Part shown: one piece after another, positions 48,157 to 57,087 of the stretch | How positions within the stretch are numbered: the first letter of the stretch is position 1 | How the letters are laid out: every line of letters starts with the position of its first letter | Source: Myxococcota bacterium | GTDB taxonomy: Bacteria > Myxococcota_A > Polyangia > Nannocystales > Nannocystaceae | NCBI GenBank assembly: GCA_039028615.1 | Contig: JBCCHT010000017.1 | Coordinates: 32,001-96,000 of the forward strand | Direction of reading: 5' to 3' | Length of the DNA stretch: 64,000 bases | Notes under the pieces: generated by a model | Databases searched by the model: none | Told to the model about the DNA's origin: nothing | What the model saw: only the letters and a program-made list of their open reading frames with translations | Translations under genes and position numbers: made by a program

Positions 48157-50001
48157 ATGGACGTCGTCCGCGTCGAAACCAACCGCTCGTGCTCGCTCCG
48201 TTGTAGCCACTGCTCCTGCTCGACCCGCGAGGACCCGGCCATCGTGCGTGGTGCTCCGCGAGCCATCGCGGAGGCGCTGCGCGACGACCCGCGCGTCCTC
48301 GTGTTCAGCGGCGGCGAGCCTCTGCGACGCCGCGATCTCGAGCGACTGGTGGCCTTCGCCAAGCGCAGCCGCAGCGCCGACCAAGAGACGGCCGAGCTCG
48401 GCCCCCGCGAGCGACGACAGGTGCTCCTCGAGACCTCGGCCGTCGGGCTCACCGAGCCTCGGGCCCAGTCGCTGCGCGAGGCGGGCGTCGATCGTCTGCG
48501 CGTGCGGCTGCCGGGATGGGGCCCCGTGTACGACCAGATCACGGGGATCCGCGGCAGCTTTGCCTTGGCCCTGGCCGGCATGAAGGCGGCGACCGCAGCC
48601 GGGCTCCCGCTCGAGGCCGAGGTCCCGGTGCTGCGCGCCAACCTCGACACCCTCGCGAAGCTACCGGCCCAGCTGCGAGAGCAAGACCTCGAGCTTTCCA
48701 CGCTGTGGCTGCGACTGCCTGGGTCAGACCCCGATCCCGTCCGGCTGCGCGACGCGGTGACGGCCATCGACGAGACGGCGACCGCCCTGCGAGCTCTTCC
48801 GCCCCCCCGCCGCGACGACGCCCACCCCACGCGGTTGCGCTTGGCCGCGGGAGGGCTGCCGCCGCCGTGCATGTTCGACCGCCCCGACCGCGTCGCGCAT
48901 GCCTATGCGCTCGACCGCGGCGCAACCTCGCAACCCGGCTACGCGCGGCGACCGGGCTGCGAGGGCTGCACCATCGAAGATCGCTGCCCCGGCTTCCCCA
49001 CCCGCGCCCTCGAGCGCGAGCCCGACCTCGAGCCCGCCCCGATCACCACCCAGCGAATCCGCCGCAAGCTCTCCGTGGTGCGAGGCGTCGACGACCAGAT
49101 CGCCCGCGAGCTGGTCAGCCGCGAGCCCGGCCGCGACATCGCGGGCAATTCCTGGCTGGTGCACACCATCCGGGTTCAGTTCGCGTGCAACCAGGCCTGC
49201 GAGTTCTGTTTCGTCTCCACCCACTTGCCCAACCCGCCCCACGCCGCGGTCCTGGCCGCCATCGATCAAGCCGCCCGCGAGGGGGCCCACATCGCGCTGT
49301 CCGGCGGCGAGCCGACCCTCAACCCGCGGCTGCCCGAGTACCTGCGTCACGCCAAGAACGCGGGCATCCCCTCCATCGAGCTGCAGACCAACGCCATTCG
49401 CCTCGCCGACCCGCAGCTCGCCCAGACGGTGATCGAGGCCGGGGTCGACACCGCCTTCGTCTCGTTGCACGGCAGCCGGCCCGAGATCTGCGACCCCGTC
49501 ACCGGAGCGCCCGGCACCTGGGCAAAGACGGTGGCCGGAGTCGACCAGCTCGCCCGCCTCGGTGTCCGCACTCGGCTCAACTTCGTGATGTGCCAGACCA
49601 ACGCCCACGATTTCCGCGCCACCGTGGAGCTGGTGGCCGAGCGCTGGCCCGACTTCGATCTCACCTTCTCGTTCGTCTCGCCCTCGACCGATCTCGTCCC
49701 GCGGACCTCCGAGCTCATCCCTCGCTACTCCGACGTCACCGAGCCGCTCCTCGACGGGCTCCGTCGCGCGCGCGAGCTGAACCTGCGCGTCGCGGGATTC
49801 GAATCGATGTGCTCGATCCCCCTGTGCCTCAAACCCGATGGCCTCGACGACTACGAGCAACTGGAGCAGATCGGCGAGCCCGGCGAAGATTTCGAGAAGC
49901 CTCCGGTGTGCGAGGACTGCCGGGAGCGCACGCGATGTTGGGGTCTGCGCCGCGGCTACCTGAGCCTCTACGGTGCAACGGAGCTGCGGCCCCTGTCGTA
50001 A
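48157..50001 (+). CDS. Tandem two-domain HxsC-like radical SAM protein
   Basis: CSLRCSHC/SGGEP ... CEGCTIEDRCPG, then CNQACEFC/SGGEPT ... CEDCRERTRCWG..ELRP. Confidence 0.87.
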   Translation: MDVVRVETNRSCSLRCSHCSCSTREDPAIVRGAPRAIAEALRDDPRVLVFSGGEPLRRRDLERLVAFAKRSRSADQETAELGPRERRQVLLETSAVGLTEPRAQSLREAGVDRLRVRLPGWGPVYDQITGIRGSFALALAGMKAATAAGLPLEAEVPVLRANLDTLAKLPAQLREQDLELSTLWLRLPGSDPDPVRLRDAVTAIDETATALRALPPPRRDDAHPTRLRLAAGGLPPPCMFDRPDRVAHAYALDRGATSQPGYARRPGCEGCTIEDRCPGFPTRALEREPDLEPAPITTQRIRRKLSVVRGVDDQIARELVSREPGRDIAGNSWLVHTIRVQFACNQACEFCFVSTHLPNPPHAAVLAAIDQAAREGAHIALSGGEPTLNPRLPEYLRHAKNAGIPSIELQTNAIRLADPQLAQTVIEAGVDTAFVSLHGSRPEICDPVTGAPGTWAKTVAGVDQLARLGVRTRLNFVMCQTNAHDFRATVELVAERWPDFDLTFSFVSPSTDLVPRTSELIPRYSDVTEPLLDGLRRARELNLRVAGFESMCSIPLCLKPDGLDDYEQLEQIGEPGEDFEKPPVCEDCRERTRCWGLRRGYLSLYGATELRPLS

Positions 50002-50074
50002 ATCGACAAAAGCGGAGCCATTACCGCAGCTTGCAGTTGACGCCACTACCCCGGCATGGGACTACTGATATGGG

Positions 50075-51085
50075 ATGGGAGCAGCGAAATCGTGGGCCAC
50101 GACGGCGCATTCGGTCGGCTCGGTGGCGCGCTTCCTCGCCGCCCGAGCCGTCGACGGCAAGCACCCGCTCGCGGTCACGCTGTGCCTCACCAATCGCTGC
50201 AATTTCCGCTGTGTCTACTGCCACATGCCGGGGACCAAGCGGGATGAGCTGACCACCGAAGAGTGGTGCTCGGCCATCGACCAGTTCCGCGCGGGGGGGA
50301 TGATCCGCTGCAGCCTCATGGGAGGCGAGCCGCTGCTCCGCAAAGACGTGGGCGAGATCATCGATCACCTCGTGTCGCACGGCGTGCACTCGGCCATGAA
50401 CACCAACGGCTGGCTGGTCGAGCACAAGCTCGACGACGTCGCCAAGCTGAACCTGGTCTGCATCGGCCTCGACGGACCCAAAGAGATCCACGACGTCCAG
50501 CGCCAGCGCAAAGGCTCCTTCGAAAAGGCCGTGCGCGCCATCGAGCTGCTCCGCGGTCGCGGCGTCGAGGTGGTGACCATGTCACCGGTCACCCCCGGGA
50601 GCATCGATCACATCGACGAGATGATCGACATGGCGCGCGACATGGGCTTCCGCGCCGGCTTCCAGATCGAGCACGACGCCGACTGTGACGTCCGCAATCC
50701 CATCGGGCCCGGGCTGACCGACGAGCGACTCGCCGAGCTCGCCCGTCACCTCGCCACCCGCAAGGCCGAGGGGGCGCCCATCGCCATCTCCGGCACCTTC
50801 CTGTCCGCCTTCGCCAAGCGAGGCCGCCGCATGCTCTCGTCGTGTGCCGAGTGCCGCGTGCCTCGGCACTCCTGCATGGTGCGCCCCGACGGCATGGTGG
50901 TCCCCTGCTTCCTCACCCAGCACCAGGGGCCCATGATCTCCGGGGCCGAGCTGGGCTATCTCCGGGCGTTCCACGAGCTCGCACAACCGGCGGACGCGAG
51001 CTGCTCGTCGCAACCCCTGATGGAGATGAACTTTCTCCTCGGCCTGAAGCCCGCCGCCGTTCTCAACGCACTGAGGCTGACATGA
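50075..51085 (+). CDS. Radical SAM protein with short Twitch-like C-terminus
   Basis: TNRCNFRCVYC, GGEPLLR, NTNG, LDG; C..C....C...PDG.VVPC. Confidence 0.88.
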   Translation: MGAAKSWATTAHSVGSVARFLAARAVDGKHPLAVTLCLTNRCNFRCVYCHMPGTKRDELTTEEWCSAIDQFRAGGMIRCSLMGGEPLLRKDVGEIIDHLVSHGVHSAMNTNGWLVEHKLDDVAKLNLVCIGLDGPKEIHDVQRQRKGSFEKAVRAIELLRGRGVEVVTMSPVTPGSIDHIDEMIDMARDMGFRAGFQIEHDADCDVRNPIGPGLTDERLAELARHLATRKAEGAPIAISGTFLSAFAKRGRRMLSSCAECRVPRHSCMVRPDGMVVPCFLTQHQGPMISGAELGYLRAFHELAQPADASCSSQPLMEMNFLLGLKPAAVLNALRLT

Positions 51086-52098
51086 GCAAGCACCTCAAGA
51101 CCATCTCCGAGATGGCCAGCTTGGCGCTGCCCTTTGGTCGCTACGTCGCCTCGCGGGTCCGGGGCGGCAAGATTCCCCTGGCCGTCACGCTCTCGCTGAC
51201 CAACCGCTGCAACTTCCGCTGCGTCTACTGCAACGTGCCCGATCTCGCCGCGGGCGAGATGGACACCCAGGAGTGGCAGCACTGCATCGACGAGCTCGCC
51301 GCCGCGGGCATGATCCGCGCCAGCGTCATGGGGGGTGAGCCGCTGCTGCGCAAGGACTGCGGCGCCGTCATCCGCCACCTCAAGCATCGGGGCGTGCACG
51401 CCTCCATGAACACCAACGGCTGGCTCGTCGAAAACCGCATCGAAGACGTCGCGCTGCTCGACGTCGTCTGCGTGAGCATCGACGGCCCCAAGGAAGTGCA
51501 CGACACCCAGCGACGCAAGGGCTCCTACGACCGCGTCGTGCGGGCGATCGAGCTATCGATGTCTCGCGGGGTCCAGGTCGTCACCATGACGGTGGTGACC
51601 CCCAAGAGCCGCAAGACCATCGACTTCGTGCTGCAGATGGCCAAGGAGATGGGCTTCCGCGCTCACTTCCACCTCGAGCACGACGCCGACTGCGACACCA
51701 ACAAGCCCATCTCGCCCGACATCGACGATGCGGGCGTGGCCGACCTCGCGCGGCTCTTGCTGCAGCGCAAGGACGAGGGCTACCCGGTCGGCCCCTCGCG
51801 CACCTACTTGAACGCGCTGGCCTCCAAGGGCCGTCGGCTCCACAGCTGCAGCGACTGCTTCGCCTCGCGCTACTTCTGCCACGTCATGCCCGACGGGATC
51901 GTGGTGCCCTGCCTGCTGACGCACCGCACCCCGGGCGCCGTGTCGGGCCGCGACCTCGGCTACGTGGAGGCGCTCCAGCAGCTGCCGCAGCCCACCGATG
52001 CCGGGTGCTCCTGCGAGCCGCTGCAAGAGATGAACATGATGCTCGGCGGACGGCCCGAGGTCGTGATGAACGCGTTCGGGCTCGCGACGCGGGGCTGA
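51082..52098 (+). CDS. Radical SAM protein, tandem paralog of 50075-51085
   Basis: Same motifs (TNRCNFRCVYC, GGEPLLRKD, EHDADCD); ATGA overlap. Confidence 0.88.
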   Translation: MSKHLKTISEMASLALPFGRYVASRVRGGKIPLAVTLSLTNRCNFRCVYCNVPDLAAGEMDTQEWQHCIDELAAAGMIRASVMGGEPLLRKDCGAVIRHLKHRGVHASMNTNGWLVENRIEDVALLDVVCVSIDGPKEVHDTQRRKGSYDRVVRAIELSMSRGVQVVTMTVVTPKSRKTIDFVLQMAKEMGFRAHFHLEHDADCDTNKPISPDIDDAGVADLARLLLQRKDEGYPVGPSRTYLNALASKGRRLHSCSDCFASRYFCHVMPDGIVVPCLLTHRTPGAVSGRDLGYVEALQQLPQPTDAGCSCEPLQEMNMMLGGRPEVVMNAFGLATRG

Positions 52099-52107
52099 GC
52101 CCTCGCT

Positions 52108-52887
52108 TCAGATCAAGCCGACCGCCGTCGCCAGGCAGCCCAGGATGAAGTGGGCCACGCAGACGCCCACGAGGCTGCGCTGGCGTCGGTAGAGCAGGCC
52201 GAAGCCCCAGCCCGCCACCAGGGTCAGGGCGGTGATCGTCCACCCGAAGGGCAGGTGCATGCTGGCGAAGACCACCGAAGCCAGACCCACCGAGACGAGA
52301 CCGCGACGGTCGCTGAGCAGCTCTTCGAGGCAGGTGACGAACATCCCGCGGAAGACCAGCTCCTGGAGCACCACCGAGACCATGTAGGCCGCCGCGAAGG
52401 GCGAGGTGGCGAACTCCAGCACGGTGGTGACGATGGGCAGGTCGGGCTGGGCGTGGGCCACCGCCAAGACGATGACCAGGCCCGCCAGCGCCCCCTCGGC
52501 GGCCCCGATCGCGCCGCGGTGCAGGTTCAGCCCGAAGCTGCGGAGCGGTCGCCCCATGATCTTGGGGGTCGCGATCGCAGCGGCGAGGGTCGAGAGCCCG
52601 AGCCCCACGAGCGAGAACACGTAGACGGGCACGACCGCGACGATCTCGTCGAACGCGGCGCCCATGAGGTTCTGGAACACCTGCAGCAAGGCGACGAGCA
52701 CGAAGAAGTGGCCGAGGCGAGCACGGAGGATCGCCTCGTCCCGCTCGACGGGTGCCGGGGCGACCCGGACCTCTTCGCGACGCCGCAGCTCGGGCACGAA
52801 GGGAAAGGTGGAGGAGGTCGCGACCGCGAAGGCCCCGGACATCCCGGCCTGCGCCATCACGAGGGTGTTTCCCGTGTTCGACATCAT
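52108..52887 (-). CDS. CPBP/Abi (type II CAAX) intramembrane protease
   Basis: QELVFRG, FASMH and AHF motifs with TM segments. Confidence 0.8.
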   Translation of the reverse strand: MMSNTGNTLVMAQAGMSGAFAVATSSTFPFVPELRRREEVRVAPAPVERDEAILRARLGHFFVLVALLQVFQNLMGAAFDEIVAVVPVYVFSLVGLGLSTLAAAIATPKIMGRPLRSFGLNLHRGAIGAAEGALAGLVIVLAVAHAQPDLPIVTTVLEFATSPFAAAYMVSVVLQELVFRGMFVTCLEELLSDRRGLVSVGLASVVFASMHLPFGWTITALTLVAGWGFGLLYRRQRSLVGVCVAHFILGCLATAVGLI

Positions 52888-52908
52888 AGGGCTCCGTCGG
52901 CGGCAGGC

Positions 52909-53745
52909 TCAGGCGGCGAGAGCGGGACGCGTGGGCTTGGGCAGCTGCACCAGCGACCCCCACAGCGTGGTGCCGAACTGTTGGGGTGAGCGACGGATCT
53001 GCCACCACGCCACCACGCCGACCACGAGGCTCACCGCGCTGAGGGCCTGATGGGCGAGCGGGGAGAACAGCGAGGCTTCGGCCAGGGGCCACGCCTCGGG
53101 CAGCGCCACCACCGACGCCTCGGTCATGGTGATGCAGAACGCCAACGAATACGCCCGCGCCTGAGTGTAGCGATGCGCACCGAGGCGAAGCGCAGCGAAG
53201 ATGGGCACCGCGAGGAGCAGCGCGGCGATGTACGTGTAGTCCCCCTGGTAGCCGCGCACGGACTCGTAGGAGAACAGAAAGCAGAAGTTCCACACGGTGT
53301 AGGCGGCGATGAACCACCAGGACGTGGGATAGGACAGCGAGTGGCGGTCGTCGACACGCAGGGTCTGCGGCGCGGGCAGCAAGCCGATGACGAGCAGACC
53401 GGCCGCGAAGTTGAGCCAGTGCCCGCTGGAGAAGTCCTGCGCGGTGGCCTCGACGATGTTGAGCAAAAAGAGCAGCGAGAACAGCACGGTGAAGGCCCGG
53501 CTGCGCAGGCCCAGTCGCATCGCAGTGAGATAGACCCCGACGAAGATCATCGTCATCGACTTGGCGAGGTTGAACCAGCCGTTCCACTCCGTCTGCAGGA
53601 TGAGGGGCAGGATCGCCACGGGCAGCACGATGAACAGCGCCACGCTCATCGATCGGGAGCCGCGGGTCAGCTCGATGACCGCCCACAGCACGAGGCCGAG
53701 CAGCGCGAGCTGGAGGGTCAGGGTCGAGACGGAGAGCAAATCCAT
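52909..53745 (-). CDS. Membrane protein, DUF5692-like
   Basis: WFNLAK, NIVEA, WLNFAAG, AYTVWNFCF, QARAYSL. Confidence 0.6.
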   Translation of the reverse strand: MDLLSVSTLTLQLALLGLVLWAVIELTRGSRSMSVALFIVLPVAILPLILQTEWNGWFNLAKSMTMIFVGVYLTAMRLGLRSRAFTVLFSLLFLLNIVEATAQDFSSGHWLNFAAGLLVIGLLPAPQTLRVDDRHSLSYPTSWWFIAAYTVWNFCFLFSYESVRGYQGDYTYIAALLLAVPIFAALRLGAHRYTQARAYSLAFCITMTEASVVALPEAWPLAEASLFSPLAHQALSAVSLVVGVVAWWQIRRSPQQFGTTLWGSLVQLPKPTRPALAA

Positions 53746-53927
53746 GGCACTTACTTTCGGCCGCCGAACGCGGCAGCGAAGGTGTCCAGGGTGCAGTCCC
53801 CCGGGCTACTCAATCCATTCAACCAACCCCGAAAAACAGGGGCGTCCTGCCGCGACTCGACCCACTGGCTACGGCCACTGCCAGGTGGCGAGTGTCGCCA
53901 AGCTCGGCGTGCGATCGAGCGTCCAGC

Positions 53928-54821
53928 TCAGATGTTTAGACCGCGGAGGCGCTTGTACAGGTCGGACGCGACCGAAAACGGCAGCGTCGCCACCGAGGAC
54001 CACCAATGGTTCACCGTGACCGAGGGCCCCAGCGACAGCGCGTAGTGCCACATTCGCCCCGGCATGAAGAGCATGTCGCCCTCGGACAGCTCGCAGTGCC
54101 AGCCCTGCGCCAGCGGCAGGCGGGGGAACCGGCGGAAGTCCGGGGCGCCGAGGTCGACGCGCGACAGGTGAGGCACGCTCGACCACGGCGGGAACGGATA
54201 CAGGTTGCGGTACTCGCCGAACGGATACAGCAAGAAGCGCTTCGCGCCGCTGACCTGCGCGATCAGGTTGTTCGGCAGATCGAAGTGCAGGCGGCTGACG
54301 GTGTCCTGCGCGCTGAACCACAGGTTGCGTCGCAGGCGGAGGCCTCCGCGGCAGTACTCGGGATCGACCCACTGGCGGCGAAGCTCGTCGGGCAGGCGAT
54401 CCAATGGCGCCCGAAAGTAGCCCTCGGGTCTGCGCCCGGCGATGACGTCGGCGGCATAGTCGGCCAGGCCGATCTCCCGTAGCTGGAAGCCGGTTCGCGC
54501 ATCCAGCCGGACCTGCCCGTCGGGCACGACATAGGCCTTCGAACGCAGCGAACCCGCGTGCTCGCGCAGGTACTCCGGCGTCCAGCGACCCACCGCGGCA
54601 CAATCCTCGAGCGCCCCCTGAATCACCAGGGGCAGGCCGGCCCGGGCCATGCGACGCAAGGTCGGCACCGACGGCCGGGTCATGCGTCGTACCGACCGCA
54701 GCGGGAGCGTCGGGAGCTCGGGCCCCAGGGGGGCGGTCTCTTCCGGCTCCGACTTCACCGCCTCGCTCGGCTCGTCGCCAGCGGCATCGGGAGACGGAAT
54801 CACGGGCAGTCGGCGGCGCAT
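53928..54821 (-). CDS. JmjC/cupin-8 Fe(II)/2OG oxygenase
   Basis: PLVIQG, WTPEYL, LWFS, LHFD..NL..QV.G.KRF, GDMLFMP..WH, VNHW. Confidence 0.85.
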   Translation of the reverse strand: MRRRLPVIPSPDAAGDEPSEAVKSEPEETAPLGPELPTLPLRSVRRMTRPSVPTLRRMARAGLPLVIQGALEDCAAVGRWTPEYLREHAGSLRSKAYVVPDGQVRLDARTGFQLREIGLADYAADVIAGRRPEGYFRAPLDRLPDELRRQWVDPEYCRGGLRLRRNLWFSAQDTVSRLHFDLPNNLIAQVSGAKRFLLYPFGEYRNLYPFPPWSSVPHLSRVDLGAPDFRRFPRLPLAQGWHCELSEGDMLFMPGRMWHYALSLGPSVTVNHWWSSVATLPFSVASDLYKRLRGLNI

Positions 54822-55051
54822 CTCGGGCAGAGGGCCAGGGTACCACCCCACCCCGGCACATCGGCTCCAGGCCCCCAACAACCGCGATACGCTGCCCAAC
54901 CCGGTGACCAGAGCCCCTCTCGCAACCCTCCCGAGTGCTCGTCTGCAGAGCGGCGCGTCGAGGACGAGGCGGGAATTCGCCGCGGGTTCGAGCCTACCAA
55001 CGGCATGCGGTGCCGCGCCCCAGGGCGCGAGAGGTTTTACCGATGGGCTCA

Positions 55052-55211
55052 AGTGTGGTGAGTCTGCAATCCGTTTCAAAAGAACGCTGTCAGCGCGGGC
55101 CATGCCAAGGCACGAAGAGGGCGTTCATTGGGCCTGAGCAACCGATGAGGAACGCAGGCATGGGCCGCGGGGGCGGTGCTATTTTGGAGCGGATTGCAGA
55201 CTCACCACACT
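55052..55211. repeat. ~160-nt long inverted-repeat element (MITE/REPIN-like or structured RNA)
   Basis: Perfect 22-bp IR agtgtggtgagtctgcaatccg (55052-55073 vs 55190-55211), extending to 55-nt arms with 10 mismatches, plus an inner stem. Confidence 0.75.
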
Positions 55212-55274
55212 AGCCACTCCGCCGAGGCCGCGGCCGGCCCCAGCAGTCGCCCGACGGGCAGCCGTGGAGCGCTC

Positions 55275-56165
55275 GTGCTGCGGTGGGCACTCGGGCTCGC
55301 GATCGTGGCTTGGGTGGTCGCGGCCGCGTCGGGAGAGGCCGTCCTCGCGGCGTTCCGTTCGGTGGATCCGCTGCTCTATGGCGTCTTTTGTGTGGGATTC
55401 GCGCTGCTGAATCTGCTGCTCGACACCGTGGCCGCGGTCCCCACCCATCGCCATGCCGCGCCCGCGCTGCGATACGGAGAGTACGCGATCGTCCGCGGCG
55501 CGGCGCACCTCACCGGAGCGATCAACGTGCATGTGGGCCAAGCCCACGTGAGCCTGTTGCTCGTGCGCGAGTACGGGGCTCGGGTCGCCGACGTCCTGGC
55601 CACCACCCTCGTCTGCTACGGCACCGCCTTGGGAGGGCTGCTCGCGGTGGGGCTCGCCCCCGTCCTGTCGACGTCTTCGCCTGCCTGGCTGACGTGGAGC
55701 GTGCTCGGTGGTCTGGGGGCCGCGATGCTCTACGGCGCCGCGCTGCTGCGGCCTCCGGGCGCCCTCGCTCGACTCCCCGTGTTCTCCAAGCTGCACGCGA
55801 TGGGGGTCGTCACGCAGCTGCGGCTGTTGGTCCTACGCCTGCCCTCGGTGCTGCTGCACATGCTGGGCATCTGGGTGGGCTATGCGTTCTTCGGCATCGT
55901 GCTGCCGCTGGAGGAGGCGCTGGTCGTGGTGCCGGTCTTGACGATCGCGAGCGCGGTGCCGCTGGTGCCCCACGGGATCGGGGCCCGAGACCTCGCCGCG
56001 TTCTCGCTGCTCGGCGCCGCGGCCAGTACCCAGGAACTGGGCAGCCTGGTGTCGGCTGGAGTCGCGTTCGCGGCGGGCAGCACCCTGGCGCAAGCGGTCG
56101 TGGGCCTGGCCTTCACGCCCGCGCTCCACCGCCTGCGAACGCGACGCGACGTGGCCGCGCGCTAG
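55275..56165 (+). CDS. Lysylphosphatidylglycerol synthase TM-domain (flippase-like) membrane protein
   Basis: LRWALGLAIVAWV, VPLVPHGIGARD, multiple TM segments; start uncertain (ORF open from 55176, inside the IR). Confidence 0.65.
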   Translation: MLRWALGLAIVAWVVAAASGEAVLAAFRSVDPLLYGVFCVGFALLNLLLDTVAAVPTHRHAAPALRYGEYAIVRGAAHLTGAINVHVGQAHVSLLLVREYGARVADVLATTLVCYGTALGGLLAVGLAPVLSTSSPAWLTWSVLGGLGAAMLYGAALLRPPGALARLPVFSKLHAMGVVTQLRLLVLRLPSVLLHMLGIWVGYAFFGIVLPLEEALVVVPVLTIASAVPLVPHGIGARDLAAFSLLGAAASTQELGSLVSAGVAFAAGSTLAQAVVGLAFTPALHRLRTRRDVAAR

Positions 56166-57064
56166 ACCACGGTGATGAATAGCAGCGCCCCGCTCACCGC
56201 GCTGGCGAGACGATGCTGCGAGCGCAGCGTGGCCACCTTGGCGTCATCGGATCCGCAGCGCCACAAGAGCACGGGGAACACCAGGACGTAGGGAATGGCG
56301 TGCACGGCCAGCCACAGCGAGACCCCGGCTCGCTCGGCGAGAAACCAGGACGCCACCACCACGCAAAGACCCATGAGCGCGGTCGCCAACACCACGCCCC
56401 GAGCCCCCAGCAGGCCGTAAGTGGTCTGGAGTCCGCCGTCGCGGTCTTCCTTGGCGTCGGCCGCCTCGTGCAGCAGCTGGTTTTGCAGCAGCAACGCGCT
56501 GAAGGTGCCCACCAAGGCCCACTGGGCGGGGCTCATCGTGTCGCCGACCAAGCCCAGGACCATCAGCGGCGCAAAGCAGCCCACGTTGAGCAGCGTGCAG
56601 ATGATCGGATAGCCCTTGAGCCGCGGACCCGCGGAGTACAGCGTGCCCGAGACGATGCAGGTGAGCGTGGCCCCGAGCACCAACGACGACGCCCCCGCGG
56701 CCAGGGCGAGCGCGATGCAGGGCATCAGCACCGCGAGTGCGTAGTGCAAGCGCGACGGACGACGCGCCTGCACGAAGGGGTTCTTCGATGCGCTGAGGTC
56801 GAGGTTGCGATCGGAGATGGCGTTGAGCAGGTAGCCCCAGCCCAGCACGATGGCCGCCAAGACCACGCCGCGGACCAGCGCGGGCACGCTGTCCATGAGC
56901 GGGAGCGCGCGATCGAAGCAGGCGAAGGGCAAGATCGCGAAGTGCAGCCACTGGGCGGGGCGCAGCGCCTCCATGATGCCCGCCGATGCCGACGCCGACT
57001 CGGGTGCCACGTGACCCGCGGCTGCCCCGGGAGGGTCATCGATGGCGGGGCAGTCGGCGTCCAT
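56162..57064 (-). CDS. UbiA-family prenyltransferase
   Basis: ALRPAQW, YLLNAISDRNLD..KNP, LYS..PRLK, HEAADAKEDRDGGLQT. Confidence 0.82.
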   Translation of the reverse strand: MDADCPAIDDPPGAAAGHVAPESASASAGIMEALRPAQWLHFAILPFACFDRALPLMDSVPALVRGVVLAAIVLGWGYLLNAISDRNLDLSASKNPFVQARRPSRLHYALAVLMPCIALALAAGASSLVLGATLTCIVSGTLYSAGPRLKGYPIICTLLNVGCFAPLMVLGLVGDTMSPAQWALVGTFSALLLQNQLLHEAADAKEDRDGGLQTTYGLLGARGVVLATALMGLCVVVASWFLAERAGVSLWLAVHAIPYVLVFPVLLWRCGSDDAKVATLRSQHRLASAVSGALLFITVV

Positions 57065-57087
57065 GGCTTCGCGGCTCGTATCCCACC

